This document shows, one piece after another, positions 46,177 to 56,646 of a stretch of DNA of 64,000 bases. The translations under genes were made by a program, and so were the position numbers. Source of the stretch: Phycisphaerae bacterium. Lineage in GTDB: Bacteria > Planctomycetota > Phycisphaerae > UBA1845. Each line of letters begins with the position of its first letter. Within the stretch, counting starts at the first letter, position 1. The stretch is from contig CAXXGO010000005.1 of the NCBI GenBank assembly GCA_963666835.2, forward strand, positions 160,001 through 224,000, in the 5' to 3' direction. A model generated the notes under the pieces. It was not told where the DNA came from. It searched no databases and was given only the letters and a program-made list of their open reading frames with translations.

Positions 46177-49100
46177 ATGGAACGGCACGGTTTGCGTATC
46201 CGGCAAGCGATCTTGGTTTTCATGGTTGCCTCGTGCGCGGTTTGCAGCCAGGTGAGCGCCGCGGGATCAGAGGTGGGGCGGGCTCAGGCGTTTGCCCTTA
46301 CGGTCCAGGTCGACTCGACCGGAACATCTCTTGGTATTGCGGATGGCGAGCAGTTCCACCGAACCGCCCGCGAAGTGGTCAATCAGCGCGCTATCGAAGT
46401 GCCGGGTTCGTCTGCTTGCGTAGTCCTTTGGGATGAGGTCGTCGACGCGGAGTCGAAGGCGACGGCGCCATTCTACGCCATCAGCCGTGACGGCCGGAGC
46501 ATGGCCGCGATCAGAGAGACCTCGTACGTTCTCAAACTAAGATACGGCGATTTCGATCCGAGCGTGTTCGTGCCGCGGGTGGAATACTCGTTGGCAACTG
46601 AAGATGACGCGGGCATGTACATCGTCCAGTTCGTCACGCAGCCTCTGGCGGAGTACCGAGCGGCGATTGAGGAATTGGGTGGTGAAGTTCATCAGTTTCT
46701 GGCAAACCACGCCCATTTCGTACGGATGGATCCGGCCGTGCGGGACGCGGTGGCAGATCTTCCGTTTGTGCGGTGGGTCGGCCCGGTACATGCCGCATAC
46801 AAGCTTGAGGAGGAGATCTACGGGCAGTTGCTGACCGGGGCGAAGGTGGAGCCGCGGCGCTACTCGATAATGCTGTATGAGCGCGGTCCGGTTGCACAGG
46901 ATCGGGTAGCGGCCCATATTTTGGAGCTGGGCGCCAAGATCCATGGAACGACGCCGCAGGGCTTCCGAATCGAAGCTACGATGACCTTGGACCAGGTTCT
47001 GCAGATCGCCCAGCTTGACGACGTGATGTTCATCGATCGCAAGGGGAGGCTCGAGGTCGATATGGACATCGTGCGGAACATCGGCGGGGCCAACTACGTA
47101 GAGGGCGTTCTGGGTTTCACCGGGCAGGGGGTCCGCGCGGAGGTAGCCGATAGTGAGTTGGACGTGAGTCATACGGAGTGGTCGCAACCTCCGATCATTC
47201 ACGTATCCGGCAGCGATTTGGATCATGGTACATCGGTCTACGGCATACTCTTCGCCCGCGGTGCGGCACCGCAAGCCAGGGGGCTGATTCCGGATGCCGT
47301 GGGTATTTTCGCCTACAGCGACGGGCTGCTCGGGGGCGGGACCACGCGGTACACGCATACCGCCGAGTTGGTCGACCCGGTGGGGCCGTATCGAACCGTC
47401 TTTCAAACCAACAGTACCGGAGACCCGCGTACTCTGTATTACACGACCATCTCGGCCGAGATGGATGATCTCCTCTTCGTCTATGACTTGGCCCTGACCC
47501 AGTCGCAGAGCAACGCCGGCACTCGGGATTCCCGCCCGCAGGCCTGGGCGAAGAACGTCATCTCCGGTGGGGCGATCGAGCACTACAACACATTGACCCG
47601 CGACGACGACTGCTGGTGCAGCCAGGCCAGCATCGGCCCGGCCGAGGACGGCCGGATCAAGCCGGACCTGTGCTTCTTCTACGACGACACGTATACGACC
47701 ACTGCCGGCGGCGGGTATACCGAGTTCGGCGGCACGAGCGGTGCGACTCCCAGTATCGCCGGGCACGTTGGGCTGTTCTTTCAGATGTGGTCCGAGGGTA
47801 TCTTCGATAATGAGGTCCCGGTGCCCGGAGGGACCGTGTTCGAGAACCGTTCGCACATGACTACCGCCAAGGCGGTGCTGATCAATACCGCCAACCAATA
47901 CCCGTTCAGCGGCACCAGCCATGATCTGACTCGGGTCCATCAAGGCTGGGGGATGCCTGATCTGCGCTACCTGTACGACATGCGGAACGATATGTCGATC
48001 ATTGACGAAACGGAACTGCTCGGAAACATGGAGAGTATGGAGTACTCGGCCTATGTTGCTGTTGGTACCCCGGAGTTGAGGGCCACACTGGTGTACGCCG
48101 ATCCGATGGGCGTGGTATCGTCGTCGCAGGACCGTATCAACGATTTGACTCTCAAGGTGACGTCGCCTTCGGAGGTTGTTTACTGGGGCAACAACGGGCT
48201 TCTGGAGGGAAACTGGTCGGTAGCGGGTGGCTCGCCCAATACGATCGACACGGTTGAGAACGTCTTCGTTGAAAACCCGGAGGAAGGCATCTGGCTGGTG
48301 GAGGTTATCGCCAGCGAAGTCAATCAGGACGGCCACGTGGAAACACCCGAGTTGGATGTGGATTACGCGCTGGTGACATCCGGAGCGCTTTTGGCGACCT
48401 GTACGTCCGACGGCCGGATCAGACTGCCGAGGGATCGCTTCGCGTGTGAGGACGAGCTGGCCATCCGCGTGGTGGATTGCGATCTGAACGGTGATGACGG
48501 GATGGTGGAGACCGCGACGGTAGTTGTTCAATCCACCACCGAGCCCGGCGGGGAGACGATAGTCCTGACGGAGACCGGACCCCTGACGGCGGACTTCCGC
48601 GGTACGGTGATGTTGAGCGTGACCGATGGAGTCGGAGTCGTGCAGGTCTCGGACGGGGATGCGGTTACTATCACCTATATTGACGAGGATGACGGGCAGG
48701 GGGGCGTCGATGTACCCGTGGTCTTTGATGGCGAGGTGGACTGCGTACCGCCGACGATCTTCGACGTTCAAGCCGTTAACATCCAGCCGCGCAGCGCGAC
48801 TATTACTTTTTCGACCGATGAGCCCGCCACCGGTGCGGTGCGTTACGGGCTAAGCTGCGGGGCTCTGACGGAAGAGGTTTCGGTTGCGGGGTACGGGATG
48901 GCGCACGAGTTGAGCCTGCTCCAATTGGATGACCAGACCGCGTACTACTACGTTGTAGACGCCGAAGATGAGGCCGGCAATCTCCAGACCGACGACAACG
49001 GTGGTAACTGCTATGCATTTGTCACTCCGGACGTACCGGACTTCTTCACCGAGCTGTTTTCGGGAGGCCGTGATCTGGCGAATGTACGTATGGGGTTCAG

Positions 49101-50382
49101 CCCCAACGCCACCGTTGATTTCTACGCGGGCTGCATCGAGCCGATCGACGAGTTGCCGACCGATCCCACGGGCGGAAGCTCTCTTTCGTTCACTCCGAGT
49201 GCCGATGACGGTTCCGCGGTCGTTACGTTGACGGGTGGGGCGACGGTGTCATTGTACGGGGAGTCCTACAATGAGTTTCATGTGGGCACCAATGGGTACA
49301 TCACCTTTGGCGTTGGTGACTCCGACTTCGACGAAACGCTGGCTGAGCACTTCGCGCTGCCGCGAATCGCGGCGTGGTATGACGATCTGAATCCCGGTTC
49401 AAGTGGTTCGGTTACATGGCGGCAGCTTGACGATCGAGTCGCGGTTACCTGGCTTGGCGTTCCGGAGTGGAATACGTCGAACTCTAATACGTTTCAGATC
49501 GAAATATTCTTCGACGGGACGATCATGGTTAGCTACCTTGCGATGGCGGCCGATGACGGATTGGCGGGCTTGTCGGCGGGAGCCGGGTTGGACCCGGAAT
49601 ACGTTGCAACAGATTTGTCGGAGATGGGTGACTGCATACCACCGGACTGCAACGAAAACGGGATTCCCGACGACGAAGATATTGCCGCGGGGACCAGTGC
49701 GGACTGTAACGTGAATACCATTCCGGATGAGTGCGATATTAGCGGGGGTATTTCTCAGGACACTAACGGAAACGGTGTGCCCGATGAGTGCGTCGAGGTA
49801 CCCATGCCGCCGCCGGCGCCGCACGACGTCAAGAAGAACCGTTACATCTCCTTCGTTCCAAACAACACCGAGCCGGTGGCGTTTCAGATCGAGATGACCA
49901 AATGTACGCTTTTCCCGGATTCCACCGGAGTGGTCGGTTGGGTTGATATCCCGGATGAGGACGGGATGGCGGAAGTCGCGGACGACGCGGTTTTCAGCAC
50001 GGCGTGGCCTGAGGTGGTGCATGTCGGTGGTTGCGGAATTGTCCCAACGGCCCAGTTCGGAGTACGGGCGACGGCCAACGGCGCTCTGTTCACAGATTCT
50101 CTGGGGCTGGGCACCGTCTCAAAGCCTGCGCCGAAGAACTGGGCCGACTGTGTCGGTGATTACTCGACGACATGGTCGGCACCGAATGGCGTGGTCAACA
50201 TCAGCGATGTTATGGCTATCCTGCAGGCGTTCCAGTTTGCCCCCAGTGCTCCGCCGATTCCGTGGGTGGACCTCGACCCCGAAGTTCCCAACGGCATAGT
50301 GAACATGACGGACGTCCAACAGGCCGTGAGTGCCTTCAAAGGGATGGCCTACCCGTTCAGCTCGCCGGCCGATTGTCCGTAG
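46177..50382 (+). CDS. Secreted S8 (subtilisin-like) serine protease with accessory beta domains (FN3-like, nidogen-like), DCN.NG.PD repeats and a C-terminal dockerin-like module
   Basis: Triad VADSELD / DHGTSV / GGTSGATP; GRIKPD; QGWG; signal peptide. Confidence 0.9.
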   Translation: MERHGLRIRQAILVFMVASCAVCSQVSAAGSEVGRAQAFALTVQVDSTGTSLGIADGEQFHRTAREVVNQRAIEVPGSSACVVLWDEVVDAESKATAPFYAISRDGRSMAAIRETSYVLKLRYGDFDPSVFVPRVEYSLATEDDAGMYIVQFVTQPLAEYRAAIEELGGEVHQFLANHAHFVRMDPAVRDAVADLPFVRWVGPVHAAYKLEEEIYGQLLTGAKVEPRRYSIMLYERGPVAQDRVAAHILELGAKIHGTTPQGFRIEATMTLDQVLQIAQLDDVMFIDRKGRLEVDMDIVRNIGGANYVEGVLGFTGQGVRAEVADSELDVSHTEWSQPPIIHVSGSDLDHGTSVYGILFARGAAPQARGLIPDAVGIFAYSDGLLGGGTTRYTHTAELVDPVGPYRTVFQTNSTGDPRTLYYTTISAEMDDLLFVYDLALTQSQSNAGTRDSRPQAWAKNVISGGAIEHYNTLTRDDDCWCSQASIGPAEDGRIKPDLCFFYDDTYTTTAGGGYTEFGGTSGATPSIAGHVGLFFQMWSEGIFDNEVPVPGGTVFENRSHMTTAKAVLINTANQYPFSGTSHDLTRVHQGWGMPDLRYLYDMRNDMSIIDETELLGNMESMEYSAYVAVGTPELRATLVYADPMGVVSSSQDRINDLTLKVTSPSEVVYWGNNGLLEGNWSVAGGSPNTIDTVENVFVENPEEGIWLVEVIASEVNQDGHVETPELDVDYALVTSGALLATCTSDGRIRLPRDRFACEDELAIRVVDCDLNGDDGMVETATVVVQSTTEPGGETIVLTETGPLTADFRGTVMLSVTDGVGVVQVSDGDAVTITYIDEDDGQGGVDVPVVFDGEVDCVPPTIFDVQAVNIQPRSATITFSTDEPATGAVRYGLSCGALTEEVSVAGYGMAHELSLLQLDDQTAYYYVVDAEDEAGNLQTDDNGGNCYAFVTPDVPDFFTELFSGGRDLANVRMGFSPNATVDFYAGCIEPIDELPTDPTGGSSLSFTPSADDGSAVVTLTGGATVSLYGESYNEFHVGTNGYITFGVGDSDFDETLAEHFALPRIAAWYDDLNPGSSGSVTWRQLDDRVAVTWLGVPEWNTSNSNTFQIEIFFDGTIMVSYLAMAADDGLAGLSAGAGLDPEYVATDLSEMGDCIPPDCNENGIPDDEDIAAGTSADCNVNTIPDECDISGGISQDTNGNGVPDECVEVPMPPPAPHDVKKNRYISFVPNNTEPVAFQIEMTKCTLFPDSTGVVGWVDIPDEDGMAEVADDAVFSTAWPEVVHVGGCGIVPTAQFGVRATANGALFTDSLGLGTVSKPAPKNWADCVGDYSTTWSAPNGVVNISDVMAILQAFQFAPSAPPIPWVDLDPEVPNGIVNMTDVQQAVSAFKGMAYPFSSPADCP

Positions 50383-50404
50383 TCGGCGGCTCCGCGGTTA
50401 ATGA

Positions 50405-51682
50405 CTAATGTGCGATGTTCAGGGTATATGCCCCCAGGCTGTTCGAATTTCGAATGAACAGCTTGGCGTTTACCAAAGCAGCTCTTGCCCAAGTGTGGGG
50501 TGCGGCGAGAAGAACTTGCGAATAAACGGTCAGGCCCTTGGGCGAGAGTCCCGCCGACGTCAGTAACCCGGCCTTATCGTAGATTACGACCGCGTTGTCG
50601 TGGAGGAAGCAACTGGCCTCGGGGAAAGCATCGTCGCGCCAGGCAATACCTCCGTCTCGAATGTCGATTGCGGCGAAGAACGAAGACGACTGGCCCGCAA
50701 GACTGCCGTACAGATAGTTGCCCATGCGAATGATGCTGGCGAAGTAGAACCGTATCTTCTGATCATGCCACAACTCGTGGTGCTCGGTTCTGTCGTTCTT
50801 GCTGGTCACCCGGAGGGCACGCCCGCCATCCCCAATCGAGCCGACGTACAGCAGACCGTCGGGCCATCCCATCAGCGAGGCCCGTTGCGTGCCTTCATCA
50901 GTCACGTGCGGATGGCGCCAGAGGGTTCGACCGGTGTCCGCGTCGAGTCCGACTATCTCTCGGGCAGTCAGGAAAACGACGTGGGTCTGATCGCCTATGT
51001 TCATCAGGATGGGCGATGCGTAGCGCGTCTCGAACGGTTCGCTCTTCCACCGTACCGAGCCATCGGCCACTTCCAGCGAGACGACTCCGTGTTCTGCGCT
51101 ACCAATTACGGCGATTACCGAGTCTCGGTGTATCGCACCTATCTCGGAGTATCCGTGGGGCCGCGCGGTTCCGGGGAAGTCGCCGGCCAGATTCCGGCTC
51201 CAGACAATCTCCCCGGTGTACGTGTTGAAGCAGTGGGTATATCCAGCATAACCGATGCTGATCAGGTGTTTGCCGGCGACTAGCAAGGTTGTTCCGGCGT
51301 GGTCTCCTGAGGTCGTCGAGATATGGTTGGCTACCGGTGTCGAATAGCGGTGAGCCCACTTAGTGGTGCCGGTAAGGTCTCCCACGGCAACGACCACATC
51401 TGCATTGTTTTCGTGGTGCATGGTATAGGCGTTGAGCCGGTCCGCGACAATCGCCGACCTATCCCCAGGGAGCGCGCGCCTCCACAGGGGCAGTGGTCCT
51501 TTAGGAGCCCATCGATCGACGGGGATCTTGGCGGCCGGTTCGGAACTCGGTGTTGCGTCATCCGGGGCCCCTTGCTGCGCGAAAGCAAGTGAAATACTAG
51601 TAGATATTGCCAAGAGGATAGCGGTAGCGGTCAGACAGGAGTGTCCGGCCCGACTCTGCATGAGAATATGGGATGACGTCAT
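50405..51682 (-). CDS. Secreted PQQ-binding-like beta-propeller protein
   Basis: Signal peptide ending AFA-Q; repeated D..TG...W blades; YASP; AAGGAG RBS. Confidence 0.8.
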   Translation of the reverse strand: MTSSHILMQSRAGHSCLTATAILLAISTSISLAFAQQGAPDDATPSSEPAAKIPVDRWAPKGPLPLWRRALPGDRSAIVADRLNAYTMHHENNADVVVAVGDLTGTTKWAHRYSTPVANHISTTSGDHAGTTLLVAGKHLISIGYAGYTHCFNTYTGEIVWSRNLAGDFPGTARPHGYSEIGAIHRDSVIAVIGSAEHGVVSLEVADGSVRWKSEPFETRYASPILMNIGDQTHVVFLTAREIVGLDADTGRTLWRHPHVTDEGTQRASLMGWPDGLLYVGSIGDGGRALRVTSKNDRTEHHELWHDQKIRFYFASIIRMGNYLYGSLAGQSSSFFAAIDIRDGGIAWRDDAFPEASCFLHDNAVVIYDKAGLLTSAGLSPKGLTVYSQVLLAAPHTWARAALVNAKLFIRNSNSLGAYTLNIAH

Positions 51683-51892
51683 CGCGATGCTCCTTTTGTC
51701 TACCATCGACGGCTAGGCTTCCGGAGGGTACATCGCCTCCGAGTCTTCGTCGATTACAGGTCGCAGAGTATAAACGCCGTGGGTCGTCGCTGCCAGAGCG
51801 GTTCAATGTGCGGAAGAAGCGTAGCGGTAAGTGATCCGCGATTGCTTCATTGCAGCCGACTGGACGAACCGGTGCGGGAAAGCAGTGACGGT

Positions 51893-54004
51893 TCAGCGAG
51901 GTCTCTTGGCGCCGGCGGGCTTGCCGTCACCGTCGCGCCGGTGCCGGGTGACGACTTCCTCTTGGATAGCCGCCGGTGTACGTCGGTAGCATGAGAACTC
52001 CATTGAGAACGCGGCGCGCCCCTGGCTGAGCGAGCGCAGATCAGTCGAGTATCCGAACATGTTGGCCAGAGGTACATCGGCCGCGATTAGCACGGCATGG
52101 GCCTTCATCTCGGTTCCGGTGATTACGCCGCGTCGCGCGCCGAGGTCGCCGGTGACGCTGCCGTGGAAGTCGTGGGGGACCTCGATTTCGACGCGCATGA
52201 TCGGCTCCAACAGCACGGGTTTGGCGTCGCGCATCGCCTGGCGAAAGGCCGACCGGGCGCAAACCTGGAACGCCAAATCGGACGAGTCCACCGCATGGGC
52301 TGAACCGTCTTCCAGGATCATTCTCGCTCCGACAACCTCGAATCCGGCAAGAGGTCCCCGAGCTCGGGCCATCTGAAAGCCCTTGTCTACGGACGGAATA
52401 TACTCGGTCGGAATCCGGCCGCCGGTCACCTTGCTCTCGAACAGGTAGTCCTCATCCGAATCAGGGCCAAGCGGTACGAGTTTCCCGACAACATGCGCAT
52501 ATTGGCCCGCTCCTCCGGTTTGCTTGCGGTGTCGGTAGTTGAACGCGGACTCGACCGAGGGGGCCTCACGGTATTGGACCTTCGGCTGCCCTACGGTGAC
52601 GCTCGCTCCATACTCTCGCCGAATCCGCTCGACGTACACGTCGAGGTGCAGCTCACCCATCCCGGAGATGATCGTCTCACCGGTTTCCTCGTCGAATCTC
52701 GTGTGGAACGTAGGATCCTCTTTGACGAACCGGTTCAGGGCCTTGGATACCGGATCACGATCGGCCTGCCGCTCCGGTTTGATGGAAATCGAGATTACCG
52801 GCTCCGGGCAGTGCATGCTCTCGAGGGAGAGATTGATGTTCGACGCACAGAGCGTGTCACCGGAAACGCAGTCGAGCCCCATCAGGCCCACAATGTCGCC
52901 GGCGCGGGCGATTTCCAGATTCTCTCGTTTGTTCGCGTGCAACCGGCAGATCCGCCCGACGCGCTGTGAGTGACCCGTGCGACTGACGCGATAGACTCCG
53001 CCTTTGCGAATCTCTCCCTGATATACTCGGGCGTACGTTACCTGGCCGAACGGTTCATCGCATATCTTGAAGGCCATAGCCACGGCCGGTCCGGCAGGAT
53101 CGGCGGTGATCGTTACCTCCGCTCCGTCGTTGTCGTTGTCGGAGGCGAACGCGACGCGATCGATGGGCGAGGGGAGATAGCGGGCAACCGCATGGATGAG
53201 GTCTTGGACCCCCTTGTTGCGGAACGCGGTGCCTACGAATACCGGGGTGATCTCTCGGGATATCGTGCTGCGTCGAACCGCCCGGTGAATCAGATCCTGG
53301 TCGGGCTCGCCACCTTCCAGCAGGATCTCGAGCAACTCGTCATCGTAGAGGCTCAACGCGTCGAGCATACCTTGCCGGGCGCGATCGGCTGCTTCGTGCA
53401 GTTCCTGCGGTATCTCCGTTCGGCGGACCTTCTCGCCGTTGGGCCCTTCGTAGTACACCGCCTCCATGGCGACCAGATCCACGATTCCGACGAAGTCTGG
53501 TCCTTCGCCCATGGGAATCTGCATTTGGACGGCCACGTGTCCGAGCTTGGTTTCCAGCTCGGATACTGTTCGTTGCACGTCCGCACCGACCCGGTCCATC
53601 TTGTTGATGAAGGCAATCCGCGGGACGCGGTACCGTCGCATTTGTCGATCGACGGTAATCGACTGTGATTGCACTCCCCCCACTGCGCAAAGGACCAATA
53701 CCGCCCCGTCCAACACCCGAAGGGAACGCTCGACTTCCACCGTGAAATCAACGTGCCCCGGTGTGTCGATGATGTTGATTTCCGTGCCGGACCAATCGAT
53801 GGTCGTCACCGCGGACGTGATCGTAATACCGCGTTCCTGTTCCAGCTCCATGAAGTCCATCGTGGGCCCGCCATCGTCCCCCCGCACCTCTTGGATGCGG
53901 TGGATGCGGCCGGCGTAATACAGGATCCGCTCCGTCAGCGTCGTTTTGCCGGAGTCGATATGGGCGGAAATCCCGATGTTTCGGATGTTATTGAGACGTT
54001 CCAT
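51893..54004 (-). CDS. fusA: Elongation factor G (stand-alone copy)
   Basis: NIGISAHIDSGKTT, RGITITSA, DTPGHVDF, NKMD, GMGELHL, KQTGGAGQY. Confidence 0.96.
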   Translation of the reverse strand: MERLNNIRNIGISAHIDSGKTTLTERILYYAGRIHRIQEVRGDDGGPTMDFMELEQERGITITSAVTTIDWSGTEINIIDTPGHVDFTVEVERSLRVLDGAVLVLCAVGGVQSQSITVDRQMRRYRVPRIAFINKMDRVGADVQRTVSELETKLGHVAVQMQIPMGEGPDFVGIVDLVAMEAVYYEGPNGEKVRRTEIPQELHEAADRARQGMLDALSLYDDELLEILLEGGEPDQDLIHRAVRRSTISREITPVFVGTAFRNKGVQDLIHAVARYLPSPIDRVAFASDNDNDGAEVTITADPAGPAVAMAFKICDEPFGQVTYARVYQGEIRKGGVYRVSRTGHSQRVGRICRLHANKRENLEIARAGDIVGLMGLDCVSGDTLCASNINLSLESMHCPEPVISISIKPERQADRDPVSKALNRFVKEDPTFHTRFDEETGETIISGMGELHLDVYVERIRREYGASVTVGQPKVQYREAPSVESAFNYRHRKQTGGAGQYAHVVGKLVPLGPDSDEDYLFESKVTGGRIPTEYIPSVDKGFQMARARGPLAGFEVVGARMILEDGSAHAVDSSDLAFQVCARSAFRQAMRDAKPVLLEPIMRVEIEVPHDFHGSVTGDLGARRGVITGTEMKAHAVLIAADVPLANMFGYSTDLRSLSQGRAAFSMEFSCYRRTPAAIQEEVVTRHRRDGDGKPAGAKRPR

Positions 54005-54295
54005 TGTACTGATGCCACAACCGCGATCCGGACTGATCCCGTCGACGCCCGACCGGATCGCCGCAGAACACGGGTAGATTCATCCCGGCAACCCGGCCAC
54101 CACCCGTCCGGCTGCTTGGGTGTCTTCCTGTAAACTTCTTTGAATAAAAACGTTACGCGCCCGAGCGCCGTACCTCTAGGATAGGTTCTGCTCTAGCAGC
54201 GGATACTGAGCGTAGCGATTCCGCGAGCAAGAATCAACCTGCTCTCGCGAATAATCGTGAGTTGCCTGGTGCCGACGTTTCGGTCTCAGGGCCTG

Positions 54296-54652
54296 TTATC
54301 TGGAGCCCCGCTCGATTAGGACGCCTTCCCGCGTGCTGCTGTCTGTCTCGTCAGGCTGGGTGTCGTCCCAAGTGGCCGTCATCGCGTCGATCCACTGTTT
54401 GCGAGAAACGTATCCGCTATCGTTGAAGTCTATAAGGACGGTGAGGTGCTTTTTCGGTCGCTCATAGAACCACCGATCGGCGAACATATCGGTCGGTTGC
54501 CCGATCAGTCCTTCCACGATTGGCTGCGTGGAAACGTCAACGCGAATCTGCGAGAAGTTCTCGTGCGTCAGTTTGTCCTGGCATCCGGTCAACACGGCTG
54601 TGAGGACCAAAGCCAGGCTCGCCTGGATCCAATATGTGCGGGTACGTAGCAT
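54296..54652 (-). CDS. Small lipoprotein (SmpA/BamE-like fold possible)
   Basis: Lipobox LTGC; V..LIG.P...W.Y pattern. Confidence 0.65.
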   Translation of the reverse strand: MLRTRTYWIQASLALVLTAVLTGCQDKLTHENFSQIRVDVSTQPIVEGLIGQPTDMFADRWFYERPKKHLTVLIDFNDSGYVSRKQWIDAMTATWDDTQPDETDSSTREGVLIERGSR

Positions 54653-54866
54653 AGGTTTCTCTCTATAAAACAGGGTGGAACACGTTCCACCGGACCTTCG
54701 GAATCGGGCAGCGCAACAGAACGAATGGTCTCGAAACACGATCCGTTCATCGTCCGCCGGTCAGGGCGGATTGAAAGAAGCCGCGCGACGCATTCGTTAT
54801 CGAACATTTCCTCATTGAGTTAGGACACCGACCGGGCGCCCTGGTTGGCGGTGGTCACGATTTCGT

Positions 54867-55406
54867 TCACGCGGCCCCCCGCGCCCCGGTTGGCAGGCGA
54901 TAGTCGAGGACGCACTCCGTCTGCAGATGCTCACCCAAAGGCGAGTTGTACGTTACCGCAAGGATGAACTTCCTACCCGTGGGAACGACCGACAGGTCGG
55001 CTCCGAGCTGGAATTCGTACATCTGAGTGATCTCGTTCCAGTGGGCTCGCTGGTGTTCTTCGGTCGAAAGTTCTATCTCCCAGACCTCCAGCCGCCGGCC
55101 CTTTGAGTTTCCGCTGGCCGGCACGTAGTCGAAGAGCTCGACTCGCAAGTCGCCGACAATCATCAGCCCGGTATTGCCCAGGGAATTGACAGCTTGCAGC
55201 AAAAGCTCGATACCATCCGGCGGCTTGGTGTTGTCGAAGCTCTTGATTCGAGTGAATGACTCGACGATCTCGATACCCGTGGGCATGAGCAAGGAGCACA
55301 TTCGCTGTTGCCCGGCGGTATCCCGGACCGCGGGGGTCGGCGCGCACGCGACAGCCCCCAGAGCGACTACAGAGATCAAACAGGTGTGACGAAGATGCGT
55401 TCTCAA
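54867..55406 (-). CDS. Hypothetical lipoprotein
   Basis: Lipobox-like AVAC after a hydrophobic stretch; TTG start inferred. Confidence 0.6.
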   Translation of the reverse strand: MRTHLRHTCLISVVALGAVACAPTPAVRDTAGQQRMCSLLMPTGIEIVESFTRIKSFDNTKPPDGIELLLQAVNSLGNTGLMIVGDLRVELFDYVPASGNSKGRRLEVWEIELSTEEHQRAHWNEITQMYEFQLGADLSVVPTGRKFILAVTYNSPLGEHLQTECVLDYRLPTGARGAA

Positions 55407-56585
55407 CGGTGTCAGCCCTTCAAAGTGGTTGATAGTGAACCGGCGCCGCAAACCGGAGTGTATCTGCGCTCTCCGGGGGGAGTCAACCGGGGTCGACGGG
55501 GCAAAGGTTGGGCGGCTTGGGCCATTCCGGTTGTGATGATCGCTTTGGGCGGGGCGGGTTGCGCGACCGTATCGCCCGTTCCGAGCACTCCGACGTACGC
55601 CATCGCGGTGCGACACGACATAGAGCCGGCGATCGTGAGCGAAGGGCGGGCCGGGGCTTTTGAGAGGTTTCGCCGAGATTTTGCAGAGTCAGCCAAGCTC
55701 GGGTTCAACACGATCGTGGCGCGGTACCTGGATGAGTCGGACTGGTCGGAGACCGCGGAGGTTGCCCGCAGCAATGGTATGAGTCTGGCCGGCTCGAACA
55801 GTAAGTTGGAGCACTTCGTGTTAACAGGAGTCCTGCCCAACGGAGGAGAAAGAGCGGAAGCGCTCGCCCGCGGGCAGAGAGACGGCTCCCCCGGTGCGCC
55901 GACACGATTCAACCTCGTGTTGGATTCCGGCCGTAGCGGCCAACAATCGGAACGTGCCACCGCAACCTGTGTGCAACACATTGCGCGGGGGGATTCGTGT
56001 TGTACGGTGGGGGGCAGCTCGGTTCCGCCTGACGTGCCGGTGCTGGCCGTGGTAGAGCTGGGGGCGGTATCCGATGGTCCGGGCTTCTCGATGTTGGAGC
56101 ACTGGCTTGCGCAATACCATTGCGGGCTGCTGGAAGGGCGGACGGGCGGGCTCCTGGTTGACAGATACCGGAGGGTAGTGGGAGATCCTCCGGGACTGGT
56201 TCCGGCAGATCGACCTGCCGGTCCGAGCCGCTTGGCCGCAGTCCGTGCCTTGGTGGCGCGGGCTCGAGAGTGGGGGAGCAGGATTCGCGGTTTGGCGGCC
56301 AGGCCGGTGGCGGTTACGTTATCCCGCGGGCTTAACGTGAAGGTGGCGGCTCTGGTTCGGGGGGGGCGACGCTGCGTACTGGTGTACAACCCCTCACCGG
56401 GGCAGTATGCCCGCGGGGAGGTGCTGCTCCCGGAGACGATCAATGGGGCGGGACTGACCCGGGCTGTTGAAGTCCCCGCCGGTGAGGCGAAGCCGGCGGG
56501 CAACGTATACAATCCGCGGCGCGGACGGATTGCCCTGCCGGTGACGTTGCGTCCCGGCGACGCGGCGTTGTTTGAGCTGTTCTAG
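55395..56585 (+). CDS. Hypothetical lipoprotein (glycoside-hydrolase-like TIM barrel possible)
   Basis: Lipobox-like GAGC; DF...AKLGFNTI; start uncertain. Confidence 0.55.
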   Translation: MRSQRCQPFKVVDSEPAPQTGVYLRSPGGVNRGRRGKGWAAWAIPVVMIALGGAGCATVSPVPSTPTYAIAVRHDIEPAIVSEGRAGAFERFRRDFAESAKLGFNTIVARYLDESDWSETAEVARSNGMSLAGSNSKLEHFVLTGVLPNGGERAEALARGQRDGSPGAPTRFNLVLDSGRSGQQSERATATCVQHIARGDSCCTVGGSSVPPDVPVLAVVELGAVSDGPGFSMLEHWLAQYHCGLLEGRTGGLLVDRYRRVVGDPPGLVPADRPAGPSRLAAVRALVARAREWGSRIRGLAARPVAVTLSRGLNVKVAALVRGGRRCVLVYNPSPGQYARGEVLLPETINGAGLTRAVEVPAGEAKPAGNVYNPRRGRIALPVTLRPGDAALFELF

Positions 56586-56646
56586 ACGTGGGTGCGGTTG
56601 CCCGTGGTGGATCGATTCGCCTGGGGCTATGCAAGGAGCGTGGATT

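Noticed and set aside
33043..48771. Long antisense ORFs (33043-34146, 42382-43608, 44759-45868, 46537-48771)
   Set aside because: They mirror well-supported genes on the opposite strand, are expected in high-GC DNA and carry no recognisable motifs.
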